Source: an uncultured Opitutaceae bacterium (GTDB taxonomy: Bacteria > Verrucomicrobiota > Verrucomicrobiia > Opitutales > Opitutaceae). From it: a DNA stretch of 64,000 nucleotides. The notes under the pieces were generated by a model. The model worked only from the letters and a program-made list of their open reading frames with translations. It was not told the origin of the DNA and searched no databases. The position numbers were made by a program, and so were the translations under genes. Shown piece after piece: positions 1 through 9,515 of the stretch (position 1 is its first letter; every line of letters starts with the position of its first letter). The DNA lies in assembly GCA_964460895.1 (NCBI GenBank), contig CAYWTK010000004.1, positions 5,787 to 69,786 of the forward strand, written 5' to 3'.

Positions 1-2
1 CC

Positions 3-1091
3 ATCGTCGTCGCCATCCTGGCCGTCGTCGTCGCCATCAAGAAGAAGCAGTTCGCTCCCCCGCCGCCGTGGGAGCCGATGCCCGAGGCCGTGACCACGGC
101 CCGCGCCGAGGCGCAGGAGTGGGAGCGGGTCGTGACCGCGGTCGGCTCCCTCCGCGCCGACCAGGGCGTCGTCGTCCCCAGCGAGGGCCAGGGCGCGGTC
201 CGCGCCATCCGCTTCGAGTCGGGCAGCCGGGTCGAGGCCGGCGCCGTGCTCGTCGAGCTCGACGCCGACGTCGAGCGCGCCGAACTCGCGGCCGCCCAGG
301 CGAGCGCCCAGCTCGCCCGCCTCAACGCCGGCCGCGCCCGCGAGCTGGGGGAGCGCCGGGCCCTTGCGCAGTCGGAGCTCGACGCCGCCGAGGCGGCGGC
401 GAAGAGCGCGGCCGCCCAAGTCACCGCCCTCGAGGCCGCCATCGCGAAGAAGTCCGTCCGCGCCCCCTTCGCCGGCCGCACCGGCATCCGCCAGGTCAAC
501 CTCGGCCAGTTCCTCGACCGCGGCAACCCCGTGGTCACGCTCCAGTCGCTCGACCCGATCCACGTCGACTTCTCGCTGCCGCAGCAGCGGCGCGCCGACC
601 TCCAGGTGGGCTACGCCGTCCGCGTCACGACCGATGCGCTGCCCGGTCGCTCCTTCTCGGGCACCCTCACGGCCATCAGCCCCGAGGTGGACCGCGCCAC
701 GCGCACCATCCGGGTCCAGGCGACGCTGGCCAACGCCGACGAGGCGCTGAGCCCGGGCATGTTCGTCAACGTCACGGTCGTCGCCCCCGAGAAGAAGGCC
801 GTCGTGGCGGTCCCCGCCACCGCCGTGTACTTCCAGGCCTACGGCGACAGCATCTTCGTCGCGGTCGAGCAGAAGGACGAGAAGACCGGCCAGGTGGTGA
901 AGCGCGCCGAGCAGCGCTTCGTGCGCCTCGGCGAGTCGCGCGGCGACTTCGTCGCCGTCGAGAGCGGCATCCAGCCGGGCGACGAGGTCGTGACGACCGG
1001 CGCCTTCAAGCTCAGCAACGGCACCAAGCTCGTCATCGACAACTCCCTCGCCCCCGCGGCCACGCTCGCGCCGAAGCCGGCCAACACCTGA
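3..1091 (+). CDS. RND efflux periplasmic adaptor (membrane fusion protein), 5'-truncated by window edge
   Basis: Frame open from position 3 (IVVAILAVVVAIKKK, membrane anchor); MFP motifs VRAPFAG, LSPGMFV, AVPATAV, GDEVVTTG; directly upstream of RND permease. Confidence 0.92.
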   Translation: MVVAILAVVVAIKKKQFAPPPPWEPMPEAVTTARAEAQEWERVVTAVGSLRADQGVVVPSEGQGAVRAIRFESGSRVEAGAVLVELDADVERAELAAAQASAQLARLNAGRARELGERRALAQSELDAAEAAAKSAAAQVTALEAAIAKKSVRAPFAGRTGIRQVNLGQFLDRGNPVVTLQSLDPIHVDFSLPQQRRADLQVGYAVRVTTDALPGRSFSGTLTAISPEVDRATRTIRVQATLANADEALSPGMFVNVTVVAPEKKAVVAVPATAVYFQAYGDSIFVAVEQKDEKTGQVVKRAEQRFVRLGESRGDFVAVESGIQPGDEVVTTGAFKLSNGTKLVIDNSLAPAATLAPKPANT

Positions 1092-1114
1092 GCGGTCCCG
1101 ACCCTCCCGTCCCC

Positions 1115-4100
1115 ATGAGATTCACCGACATCTTCGTGCGTCGGCCGGTCCTCGCGATCGTCGTCAACCTCGTCATCATCATCGCGGGCCTCCAGGCCAT
1201 CCGCACGCTCAACGTCCGCCAGTACCCGAAGAGCGAGCTCGCCTCGGTGACGGTCACGACGCCCTACGTGGGCGCCAACGCCGAGCTCGTGCGCGGCTTC
1301 GTCACGAGCCCGCTGGAGCGCGCCATCGCCTCCGCCGACGGCATCGAGTACCTCGAGTCGCAGAGCCTGCAGGGCGTGTCCATCATCCGCGCCCGCCTGC
1401 GCCTCAACTACGAGGGCACCAAGGCCCTCGCGGAGATCAACTCCAAGGTCAACCAGGTGCGCAACGACCTGCCGCCCGAGGCCGAGCTGCCGGCCGTCGC
1501 GCTCGAGCCGGCGGACAGCCAGTTCGCGTCGATGTACCTCACCTTCGGCTCGACCGTGCTCGAGGCCAACGAGGTCACCGACTACCTCGTGCGCGTCGTC
1601 CAGCCCGCGCTCACCTCGATCGAGGGCGTGCAGCGCGCCGAGATCCTCGGCGCCCGCACCTACGCGATGCGCGTCTGGCTCAAGCCCGACCGCCTCGCCG
1701 CCCTCAACGTCAGCGCCACCGAGGTCCGCCAGGCCCTCGCCGCCAACAACGTGCGCGCCGCCGTCGGCAGCACCAAGGGCTCCTACCTGCAGGTCAACCT
1801 CACGACCGACACCGCGCTGCAGGACGTCGGCGAGTTCCGCCGCCTCGTCGTGCGCGAGCAGGACGGGGCGATCGTGCGGCTGGAGGACGTGGCCGACGTC
1901 GTCCTCGGGGCCGAGAGCTACGACGCCGACATCCGCTTCTCCGGCAGCCAGGCCGTCTTCATGGGCATCTGGGTGCTGCCCAACGCCAACTCCCTCGACG
2001 TCGCCGCCCGCGTGCGCACGACGATGGAGGGGCTGAAGGAGCGCTTCCCCGTCGGCTTCACCGGCGGCATCGCCTACGACGGCACGGCCTACATCCGCAG
2101 CGCGCTGCGGGAGGTCGTGAAGACCCTGAGCGAGACGCTGCTCGTCGTGGTGGTCGTCATCTTCCTCTTCCTCGGCTCGATCCGCACCGCCCTCATCCCG
2201 GTGATCGCCATCCCCGTGTCGCTCATCGGCGCGGTCTTCCTCATGCAGGCCTTCGGCTTCACCCTCAACCTGCTGACCCTGCTCGCCATCGTGCTCTCGG
2301 TCGGCCTGGTGGTGGACGACGCCATCGTCGTGGTCGAGAACGCCGAGCGCCACCTGCGGGAGGGCCGGACCCCGATGGAGGCCGCGATCGTCGGCGCCCG
2401 CGAGCTGATCGGCCCGGTCATCTCGATGTCCATCACGCTCGCCGCGGTCTACGCGCCCATCGCCTTCCAGGGCGGCCTCACCGGTTCGCTCTTCCGCGAG
2501 TTCGCCATCACGCTGGCCGGCGCGGTGCTCATCTCGGGCATCGTCGCGCTGACGCTCTCGCCCATGCTCGCCTCGCGCCTCCTGCGCAGCGCCGAGCGCG
2601 AGGAGCAGGGGTTGTCCGGCCGCATCAACCGCGACTTCGACCGCCTCAAGGCCTTCTACGCGCGGCTCCTCGAGGGCACGCTCGAGCGCCGGCGGGTGAT
2701 CTACGGGGTCTGGGCGCTGATCACGCTGTCCATCCTCCCGCTCTTCATCCTCTCCTCGATGACCACCGAGCTGGCGCCGACCGAGGACCAGGGCGTCGTC
2801 TTCAGCGTCGTCAGCACCGCCGCCAACTCGAACCTCGACCAGGCCTCGCGCTTCACCGCGCGGGTCAACGACGTCTACTTCGGCACGCCGGAGGCCGAGT
2901 TCAGCTTCCAGATCACCCAGCCGACGGGCGGGTTCTCGGGCATGGTCGCCAAGCCGTGGGACCAGCGGGAGCGCGACATCTTCCACATCAAGCAGGACCT
3001 GTTCATGCCGCTCCACCTCGTGCCCGGCGTGCAGGTCTTCCCCATCCTGCCGGCCGCCCTGCCCGGCGGCGGCACCTTCCCGATCGAGTTCGTCGTGGCC
3101 TCCACCGCGGACACGCGGCAGATCGTGGACTTCGCCCAGCGCATCGCGGGCGCGGCCGCGGCCAGCGGCAAGTTCGCCTTCCCGCCCATCGTGGACGTGA
3201 AGATCGACGAGCCCCGCTCGGAGATCCGCATCGACCGCGACAAGGTGGCCGCGCTCGGGCTCAGCCTCCAGCAGGTCGCCTCCGACCTCGGCTCGCTCCT
3301 CGGCGGCGGCTACGTCAACCGCTTCAGCATCGACGGGCGCAGCTACAAGGTCATCCCGCAGGTCGAGCGCACCGGCCGGCTCAATCCGGACCAGCTCGCC
3401 GACATGTACGTCGCGGGCCCCGGCGGCCAGCTCGTGCCGCTCGCGAGCTTCGCCACGGTGCACCACTCGACCGAGCCGCGCTCGCTCAACCGCTTCAACC
3501 AGCTCAACGCGGTCAAGATCTCCGGCGTGCCCGCCGCGCCGCTCGACGCCGCGCTCAAGGTGCTGGAGGACGAGGCGCGCCGGATCCTGCCCCGCGGCTA
3601 CACCATCGACTACGCCGGCGAGTCGCGCCAGCTCCGCAAGGAGGGCAGCAAGTTCCTGCCCGCCCTCGGCCTCGCGCTGCTGCTGATCTTCCTGGTGCTC
3701 GCGGCCCAGTTCAACAGCTTCCGCGACCCGCTCATCATCCTCCTCGGCTCCGCGCCGCTCGCGCTCTTCGGCGCGCTGCTCTTCTCCGCCATGCGCGCGC
3801 CGGGCGACCCGACGACGCCGCACTGGACATGGGGCTGGACGACCTCGTGGAACATCTACTCGCAGGTCGGCCTCATCACCCTCATCGGCCTCGTCGCCCG
3901 CAACGGCATCCTCGTCGTCGAGTTCGCCAACGCGCTGCAGGAGCAGGGCCGCTCGAAGATGGAGGCCATCAAGGAGGCCGCGGCCACCCGCCTCCGGCCG
4001 ATCCTGATGACGACCGCCGCGACCGTCTTCGGCCACATCATGCTCGTCTTCGTCACCGGCGCCGGCGCCGAGGCGCGCAACTCCATCGGCCTCGTGCTCG

Positions 4101-4243
4101 TCTGCGGCATGACGATCGGCACGTTCTTCACCCTGTTCATCATCCCCTCCCTCTATTATCTGATGGCGAAGGACCATTCCCACGAGCACCTGCACGCGCC
4201 GGTGCCCGTGCCTGGCGCCGTCGAGCCCCTCGTCTCCAAGTGA
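1115..4243 (+). CDS. RND efflux permease (AcrB/MexI/MexW-like)
   Basis: ATG at 1115, MRFTDIFVRRPVLA; GLVVDDAIVVVEN and RLRPILMTT motifs; ~1042 aa. Confidence 0.96.
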   Translation: MRFTDIFVRRPVLAIVVNLVIIIAGLQAIRTLNVRQYPKSELASVTVTTPYVGANAELVRGFVTSPLERAIASADGIEYLESQSLQGVSIIRARLRLNYEGTKALAEINSKVNQVRNDLPPEAELPAVALEPADSQFASMYLTFGSTVLEANEVTDYLVRVVQPALTSIEGVQRAEILGARTYAMRVWLKPDRLAALNVSATEVRQALAANNVRAAVGSTKGSYLQVNLTTDTALQDVGEFRRLVVREQDGAIVRLEDVADVVLGAESYDADIRFSGSQAVFMGIWVLPNANSLDVAARVRTTMEGLKERFPVGFTGGIAYDGTAYIRSALREVVKTLSETLLVVVVVIFLFLGSIRTALIPVIAIPVSLIGAVFLMQAFGFTLNLLTLLAIVLSVGLVVDDAIVVVENAERHLREGRTPMEAAIVGARELIGPVISMSITLAAVYAPIAFQGGLTGSLFREFAITLAGAVLISGIVALTLSPMLASRLLRSAEREEQGLSGRINRDFDRLKAFYARLLEGTLERRRVIYGVWALITLSILPLFILSSMTTELAPTEDQGVVFSVVSTAANSNLDQASRFTARVNDVYFGTPEAEFSFQITQPTGGFSGMVAKPWDQRERDIFHIKQDLFMPLHLVPGVQVFPILPAALPGGGTFPIEFVVASTADTRQIVDFAQRIAGAAAASGKFAFPPIVDVKIDEPRSEIRIDRDKVAALGLSLQQVASDLGSLLGGGYVNRFSIDGRSYKVIPQVERTGRLNPDQLADMYVAGPGGQLVPLASFATVHHSTEPRSLNRFNQLNAVKISGVPAAPLDAALKVLEDEARRILPRGYTIDYAGESRQLRKEGSKFLPALGLALLLIFLVLAAQFNSFRDPLIILLGSAPLALFGALLFSAMRAPGDPTTPHWTWGWTTSWNIYSQVGLITLIGLVARNGILVVEFANALQEQGRSKMEAIKEAAATRLRPILMTTAATVFGHIMLVFVTGAGAEARNSIGLVLVCGMTIGTFFTLFIIPSLYYLMAKDHSHEHLHAPVPVPGAVEPLVSK

Positions 4244-4251
4244 CTCCCGCG

Positions 4252-5622
4252 ATGAATATCCCCCGTCGTTCCGCCGGCCTGCTGGCCGGCCTCCTGCTCC
4301 TCGCGTCGGCCAGCCCGGCGGCCATGCCGCCGGTGCCGTTCCAGCCCGACGGCAAGCCCGACCCGGGCTACATGGTGCCCGACGAGCTCAACCTGCCCTA
4401 CGCGCTCGCCTTCGCGCTCGACAACAACTTCGCCATCCGCGCGGCCAAGGAGCGCATCCGGCAGCAGGAGGGCGTCCTCCTCGAGGTCCGCTCCGCCGGC
4501 GTGCCCAACGTGGGCGCCAGCGCGAGCTACAGCCGGCTCGACCGCGAGGTCTCCAGCTCCGGCGACGACCGCACGTGGGGCCTCAGCATCACCGCCCGGC
4601 AGGTGCTCTACTCGGGCGGCGGCGTCCAGGCCTCCGTCCGCGCCTCCCGGCTGTCCCTCGACGCGGCCGTGCTCCAGCTGCAGGCCGTGATCGACCTCGC
4701 GCTGCTCGACGTGCGCACGCGCTTCTACGACGTGCTCGTCTCGCGCGAGCGCATCAAGGTGCAGGAGCAGAACGTCGAGCTCCTCCGCCGCCAGCTGCAG
4801 GACGTGCGCAACCGCTACGAGGCGGGCACGGTCTCCAACTTCGAGGTGCTCCGCGCCGAGGTCGCGCTGGCCAACGCGCAGGCGCCCCTCATCAGCGCCC
4901 GCAACAACCACCGCATCGCCATCGAGGAGCTGCGGCGCGCGCTCGGCTTCACCACGGCGGACAACGCCAACGTCGCGCGCGTCCCGGAGTTCGTCGGCTC
5001 GCTCGACTTCGCGCCCGCCTCCGTCGAGCTGACCGCCGCCCTCGCCTCGGCGCGGGAGCGCCGGCCCGACCTGCTGCGGCTCCGCAAGCTGGAGGAGGCC
5101 GCCGTCGCGGGCGTCGCCGCCCGCCGCGCGGACCTCTATCCCGACCTCGCGCTCGCCGGCAGCTACAGTTGGAACAAGGCGCCGTTCCGCGACAGCTTCT
5201 CCGATGCGCGCGACGGCTGGACGCTCGGCCTGCAGTCGAGCTGGAGCCTCTTCGACGGCCGCGCCACCCGCGGCCGCGTGGCCCAGGCCAAGTCCCTGCT
5301 CGAGCAGTCGCGGCTCGCCTTCGAGGAGGCCGAGCTCGCCGTGACGGTCGAGGTGCGCCGCGCCCTCTCCTCCCTGCAGGAGGCGACGGAGCTGGCCGAG
5401 GCCTCGAAGAAGGTCGTCGAACAGGCCGAGGAGGCCGTCCGCCTGGCGGACGCCCGCTTCGCCGCCGGCACCGCGACCCAGCTCGACGTGCTCACGGCCC
5501 GCACGGACCTCACCACCGCGCGCCTGAACCAGCTCGAGGCGTTCTACCGCTTCAACGTCGCCAACGCCTCCCTCCGCCGCGCGATGGGCCTGCCGGACGA
5601 GCAGGTCGCCGCCGGCCGCTAA
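4252..5622 (+). CDS. TolC-family outer membrane efflux protein
   Basis: ATG at 4252 with signal peptide; OEP repeats (RYEAGTVSNFEVLRA, RFAAGTATQLDVL); third gene of RND operon. Confidence 0.92.
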   Translation: MNIPRRSAGLLAGLLLLASASPAAMPPVPFQPDGKPDPGYMVPDELNLPYALAFALDNNFAIRAAKERIRQQEGVLLEVRSAGVPNVGASASYSRLDREVSSSGDDRTWGLSITARQVLYSGGGVQASVRASRLSLDAAVLQLQAVIDLALLDVRTRFYDVLVSRERIKVQEQNVELLRRQLQDVRNRYEAGTVSNFEVLRAEVALANAQAPLISARNNHRIAIEELRRALGFTTADNANVARVPEFVGSLDFAPASVELTAALASARERRPDLLRLRKLEEAAVAGVAARRADLYPDLALAGSYSWNKAPFRDSFSDARDGWTLGLQSSWSLFDGRATRGRVAQAKSLLEQSRLAFEEAELAVTVEVRRALSSLQEATELAEASKKVVEQAEEAVRLADARFAAGTATQLDVLTARTDLTTARLNQLEAFYRFNVANASLRRAMGLPDEQVAAGR

Positions 5623-5801
5623 CCCCGCCCTTTCCACCGGTCGCGGCGGCGGAGGCCGCGGCCGCGCTCCCGCATGAGCCCGGATTCCGCAGTCCCATCG
5701 ACCAGCCGCCCGGCGCGGGAGCACCGCCGCCGGAGCCGGGGCCATTTCCCGACGGCGGGGTCCGCGGCTCAGCGTTCCCCGGTCGAGGCTCCGTTCCTGA
5801 C

Positions 5802-8800
5802 ATGAAGTCCTCCCGCCTGCTCCTCCTCGGCGCCCTCGGCGTCCTCGCGCTGCTCGGACTCGTCGTCGCGACGGCCTTCGCGCCGCCGGTCCAGCAATGG
5901 GCGGTGCGGCGCGCGCTGGCGGGCGAGCCCGGCACGGAGGTCGCCTTCTCCCGGCTTTCGTTCGGGCCGCGGGCCGGCGAGGTCGAGGGACTCGACCTGA
6001 CCCGCGACGGGCTGCGCGTGCGCGCGGCGCGGGTGGAGGTCGACTACTCGCCCGTCGCCTTCCTCTTCCGCCGGGAGGTCGACGTCCGCCGGTTCGTCGC
6101 CACCGGCCTCGAGGTCGACGCCTCGGCCGCACCCGGCGACCGCGCCGGTGCGGGCATGGCGGGCGGTCCGGCCGCGGTGCCCGGCGCGATCGGGCAGGTG
6201 CGGCTCCCGTGGAAGCTGTCGGTCGGCGAACTGCGCGTGGACGGCCGCCTGCTGCTGCCCGGTCCCGCCGGCCGCGGGCCCGTCGCGGCGGCCTTCACCA
6301 TCTCCGGGGGCGGGCTGCGCCCCGGTCAGGAGGGACGCTTCGCCCTCGACGCCACCGTGCAGGATCCGACGCCCGGGGCGCGGGTCGAGCGCCTGCACGC
6401 CTCCGGCGCGCTGCGCGTGCGCCAGGCGGAGTCGCTCGCCTTCGACGCCGTCGCGCTCGCGGTGGCGGTGGACGCCACGGGTCCGCAGTTCGCGGCCGCC
6501 AACCAGCTGCGGGTCGACGCGAGCCTGCGGTCCGGTCCGGAGCGGGCCGAGTACTCGCTGCGGGTCGACACCGCGGTCGGCGGCGCGGTGACGCCCCTGC
6601 TCGCGGTGAAGGCCGAGGCGCCGCCCGACGGCTCGCGCTTCTCCGGGACCTGGAACCTCCGGACGGCGCACGGCCAGGTCGAACCCTTCTTCCTCGGCGG
6701 CCCGCTGCCGCGGTTCTCGGTCGCGGGCGAGGGGACGCTGTCGGTCGAGCCGGCCGCGCGGGCGCTGGCCCTCGCCGGGCGGATCGAGGGCGACGCCGAG
6801 GGCCTCGAGGCGTTCGATCCCGCGCTGCGGGCGCTCGGGCGCCTGCAGGTGCGGGCGGAGTTCGACGGCGCCGTCTCGCCCGGCCGCGCCCGGTTGGCGC
6901 GGCTGGGGGTCGACGTCTCCGCCGGCGCGAAGGTGATCGAGGCCCGGCTGGTGCGCGGCGTCGCGGTGGACCTCCGCGCGGGATCGGTCGAGCTGGCCTC
7001 GGGCGAGGGCGAGGTGGGCCGCCTGCGCCTCGACGGATTGCCCGTGGCGTGGATCCGTCCGTTCGTCTCTGGCGCCGACCTCGCCGGCGGCGCGGTCACC
7101 GGCGAGATCCTCGCGGGCGGCGACGCCCGCGCCCTCCTGCTCGAGACGGTCGCGCCCCTCCGCGTGCGGGGCGTCTCGGCGGCCCGCGAGGGGCGGCTGC
7201 TGGTGCGCGACGCGGACCTCGCCGCCGCCGGCCGCGTGCGCTTCTCGTCCGAGGGGCTGCGGGTGGAGCTGACGGAGGCGACGCTGGCCACCGCGGGCGG
7301 GGACCAGGCCCGTGTGCGGGCCGCGTTCGACCTGCCGCGGGACGGCGCGACGCCGGCGACGCTGCGGCTGGAGGGCGACGCGGACCTCCCGCGGCTGCTC
7401 GAACCGTTCGCGCCCGTCGGGGCGCTGCGGCTGGCCGGCCGGCTCGAGGCCGCGCTCGCCGGCGGGAAGCTCGAGGTCCGGGCCCTGCGCGGCGAGGTCG
7501 GCGACGGGCCGGGCCGCCGCTGGGTGTCCGGCGAGCTCACCGCGCCGCTGTCGCTGGACCTCGCGGCCGGTCGGCTCGTCGACGCCGGACCCGCCGAGGT
7601 CGCGTTGGGCCGGGTGACCGTGGAGGCGCTCAAGCTCGACGAGATCGCGGCCCTGCGGCCGCTGGGGCCGCTGGCCGGCACCACGGCTCCCGTCGCGTTC
7701 ACCCTCGCCGCGCGCGCCGGTCGCCTGATCGTGAAGGCCGAGACGCCGTGGCGCTGGGACGGCGTCGCGATCGGTCCCGAGCGCGACCGCCGGCTGGTGG
7801 GCCTCGGCCTGCGCACCGCCCCGGCGGTGGACTTCGGCTCGCGGGCGGATTGGCGGCTGACCGACGGCGGCACGAGCCTCGTCGGTCCGGAAGGAGCGGC
7901 CCTGGCCGACCTCAAGCTCGACGCCTCCGCGGGCGCGGACGGCACGCGCGCCTCGCTCGCCTTCACGGCGGAGCTGGCCGCGCTCGGCCGCCAGCCGGCG
8001 CTCGCCTCGCTCGCGGCGCTCGGCGGCGGGCGGGCGACCGGCGAGCTGCGGGCGCGCCGGGCGCCGGGGACCGGGATGCAGGTGGAGGGCCGGACGACGC
8101 TCAACGGCCTCGTCCTGCGCGAGGGCAACCAGGCGCTGCCGGTCGCGAACGTCAACGTGCGCGCCGTGCGCGACGCGGCGGGCCGGACCACCGTGGAGCT
8201 GCCCATCCTCCTGGACCGCGTCGGCCAGCGGACCGACCTGCTCCTCGCGGTGGAGGTGGCTCCCGAGGCGGGCGCGCGGCGTTTCGCGGCCCGGCTGACC
8301 GGCGAGCACGTGGAGCTGGCGGACGTCCTCGCGCTCGCGGCGCTCGCGCGTCCGTCGCCCGGCGCGGTTCCGGCCCCCGGCGCGGCCGCCGCCGTCGTCG
8401 CGGACTCGGCCCCCTTCTGGGCCGGCTGGAGGGGCCGGTTGGACGTGGACGTGAAGTCCCTCGTGCGCGGTGCGGACTGGCAGGCGAGCGGCCTGGCGGC
8501 CGAGGCCACGGTGGACGACGCGCAGCTCCGCCTCGCCCGCGCCGGTGCCCGCTGGGGCGAGCGCGGCGAGTTCTCCGCGCAGGGCACGCTCGCCTTCCGC
8601 GGCGGGGCCCGGCCCTACGCGCTCGACGGCGGCTTCACGCTCACCGAGCTCGACGTGGGCGCGCTGCTGCGCGGACTCGACGCCGAGCGCTCGCCGGTGG
8701 TGGAGGGCGTGTTCGCGACGACCGGCCGCTTCGCGGGCGTCGGGCGCACGCTCGACGACACGCTGGCGGCGGCGCGCGGCGAATTCGAGCTGCGCAGCCG

Positions 8801-9332
8801 GCAGGGCTTCTTCCGCGGACTGCGGCGCACGACGGAACGGGTGTCGGTCGCGACGCGGGCCGTGGACGCGGTGGCCGCGCTCGGCTCCCTCTTCGGCTCC
8901 GAGCGCGTCAAGGGCGCGGCCGAGCGCGTGGCGGGCCAGGCGTACCAGGTGGACCAGCTCGCGCAGGCGCTGGCCGAGCTGCCCTTCGACCAGCTCGTGG
9001 TGCGGGCGCGGCGCGACGAGACGCTCGACCTGAAGGTCGAGGAGCTGAGCCTGCTCTCGCCCGAGGTGAGGCTGCACGCCCGCGGGACCGTCACGCACGC
9101 GGCCGACCGGCCCCTGCTCGAGCAGCCCCTCGCGCTCACCTACCAGCTGGCGGCGCGCGGGCGGATCGAGCAGACCCTCGCGCGCCTGCGCGCGCTCGAC
9201 GGGACGAAGGACGACCTCGGCTACTCCCGCGTGCGCGACGTCGGCACGATCACCGGCACGGTCGGCCGGCCGCAGCCCAACCAGTTCTTCCTGCGGCTCG
9301 CCGAGGCCAAGCTCGGGGAATTCCTCAACTGA
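5802..9332 (+). CDS. Large AsmA-like / repeated beta-groove envelope protein
   Basis: ATG at 5802; single N-terminal TM helix followed by ~1150 aa of amphipathic beta-strand-like segments; family inferred from architecture only. Confidence 0.6.
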   Translation: MKSSRLLLLGALGVLALLGLVVATAFAPPVQQWAVRRALAGEPGTEVAFSRLSFGPRAGEVEGLDLTRDGLRVRAARVEVDYSPVAFLFRREVDVRRFVATGLEVDASAAPGDRAGAGMAGGPAAVPGAIGQVRLPWKLSVGELRVDGRLLLPGPAGRGPVAAAFTISGGGLRPGQEGRFALDATVQDPTPGARVERLHASGALRVRQAESLAFDAVALAVAVDATGPQFAAANQLRVDASLRSGPERAEYSLRVDTAVGGAVTPLLAVKAEAPPDGSRFSGTWNLRTAHGQVEPFFLGGPLPRFSVAGEGTLSVEPAARALALAGRIEGDAEGLEAFDPALRALGRLQVRAEFDGAVSPGRARLARLGVDVSAGAKVIEARLVRGVAVDLRAGSVELASGEGEVGRLRLDGLPVAWIRPFVSGADLAGGAVTGEILAGGDARALLLETVAPLRVRGVSAAREGRLLVRDADLAAAGRVRFSSEGLRVELTEATLATAGGDQARVRAAFDLPRDGATPATLRLEGDADLPRLLEPFAPVGALRLAGRLEAALAGGKLEVRALRGEVGDGPGRRWVSGELTAPLSLDLAAGRLVDAGPAEVALGRVTVEALKLDEIAALRPLGPLAGTTAPVAFTLAARAGRLIVKAETPWRWDGVAIGPERDRRLVGLGLRTAPAVDFGSRADWRLTDGGTSLVGPEGAALADLKLDASAGADGTRASLAFTAELAALGRQPALASLAALGGGRATGELRARRAPGTGMQVEGRTTLNGLVLREGNQALPVANVNVRAVRDAAGRTTVELPILLDRVGQRTDLLLAVEVAPEAGARRFAARLTGEHVELADVLALAALARPSPGAVPAPGAAAAVVADSAPFWAGWRGRLDVDVKSLVRGADWQASGLAAEATVDDAQLRLARAGARWGERGEFSAQGTLAFRGGARPYALDGGFTLTELDVGALLRGLDAERSPVVEGVFATTGRFAGVGRTLDDTLAAARGEFELRSRQGFFRGLRRTTERVSVATRAVDAVAALGSLFGSERVKGAAERVAGQAYQVDQLAQALAELPFDQLVVRARRDETLDLKVEELSLLSPEVRLHARGTVTHAADRPLLEQPLALTYQLAARGRIEQTLARLRALDGTKDDLGYSRVRDVGTITGTVGRPQPNQFFLRLAEAKLGEFLN

Positions 9333-9515
9333 GGCCGGAGCGTCGGGTAGGCGGGGGTCCGGGCGCGGCCCGGCGCCGGCTAATCCCTGCGCATCCCCCG
9401 CCAAGATGTGCGAGTGGTTGCCGCTTGTCGCTCCCCCGGCGGCCGGTAGCGTGGGGCTCCCCAACCAACGGCGCACCCCGCGCGGGTTCGCCCAACCCCA
9501 AGGAGACCGAACCTT

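Noticed and set aside
68..1114. Apparent N-terminal extension fusing upstream sequence to the RND permease (1391-aa ORF)
   Set aside because: The extension is an off-frame reading of the adaptor gene; the permease begins at ATG 1115. The same applies to extensions of ORFs at 2956, 4575, 12801 and 56009
9380..9400. TAATCCC motif shared by the gaps at about 9381 and 43261
   Set aside because: A 7-bp match in two places with no palindromic context is insufficient to call a regulatory site
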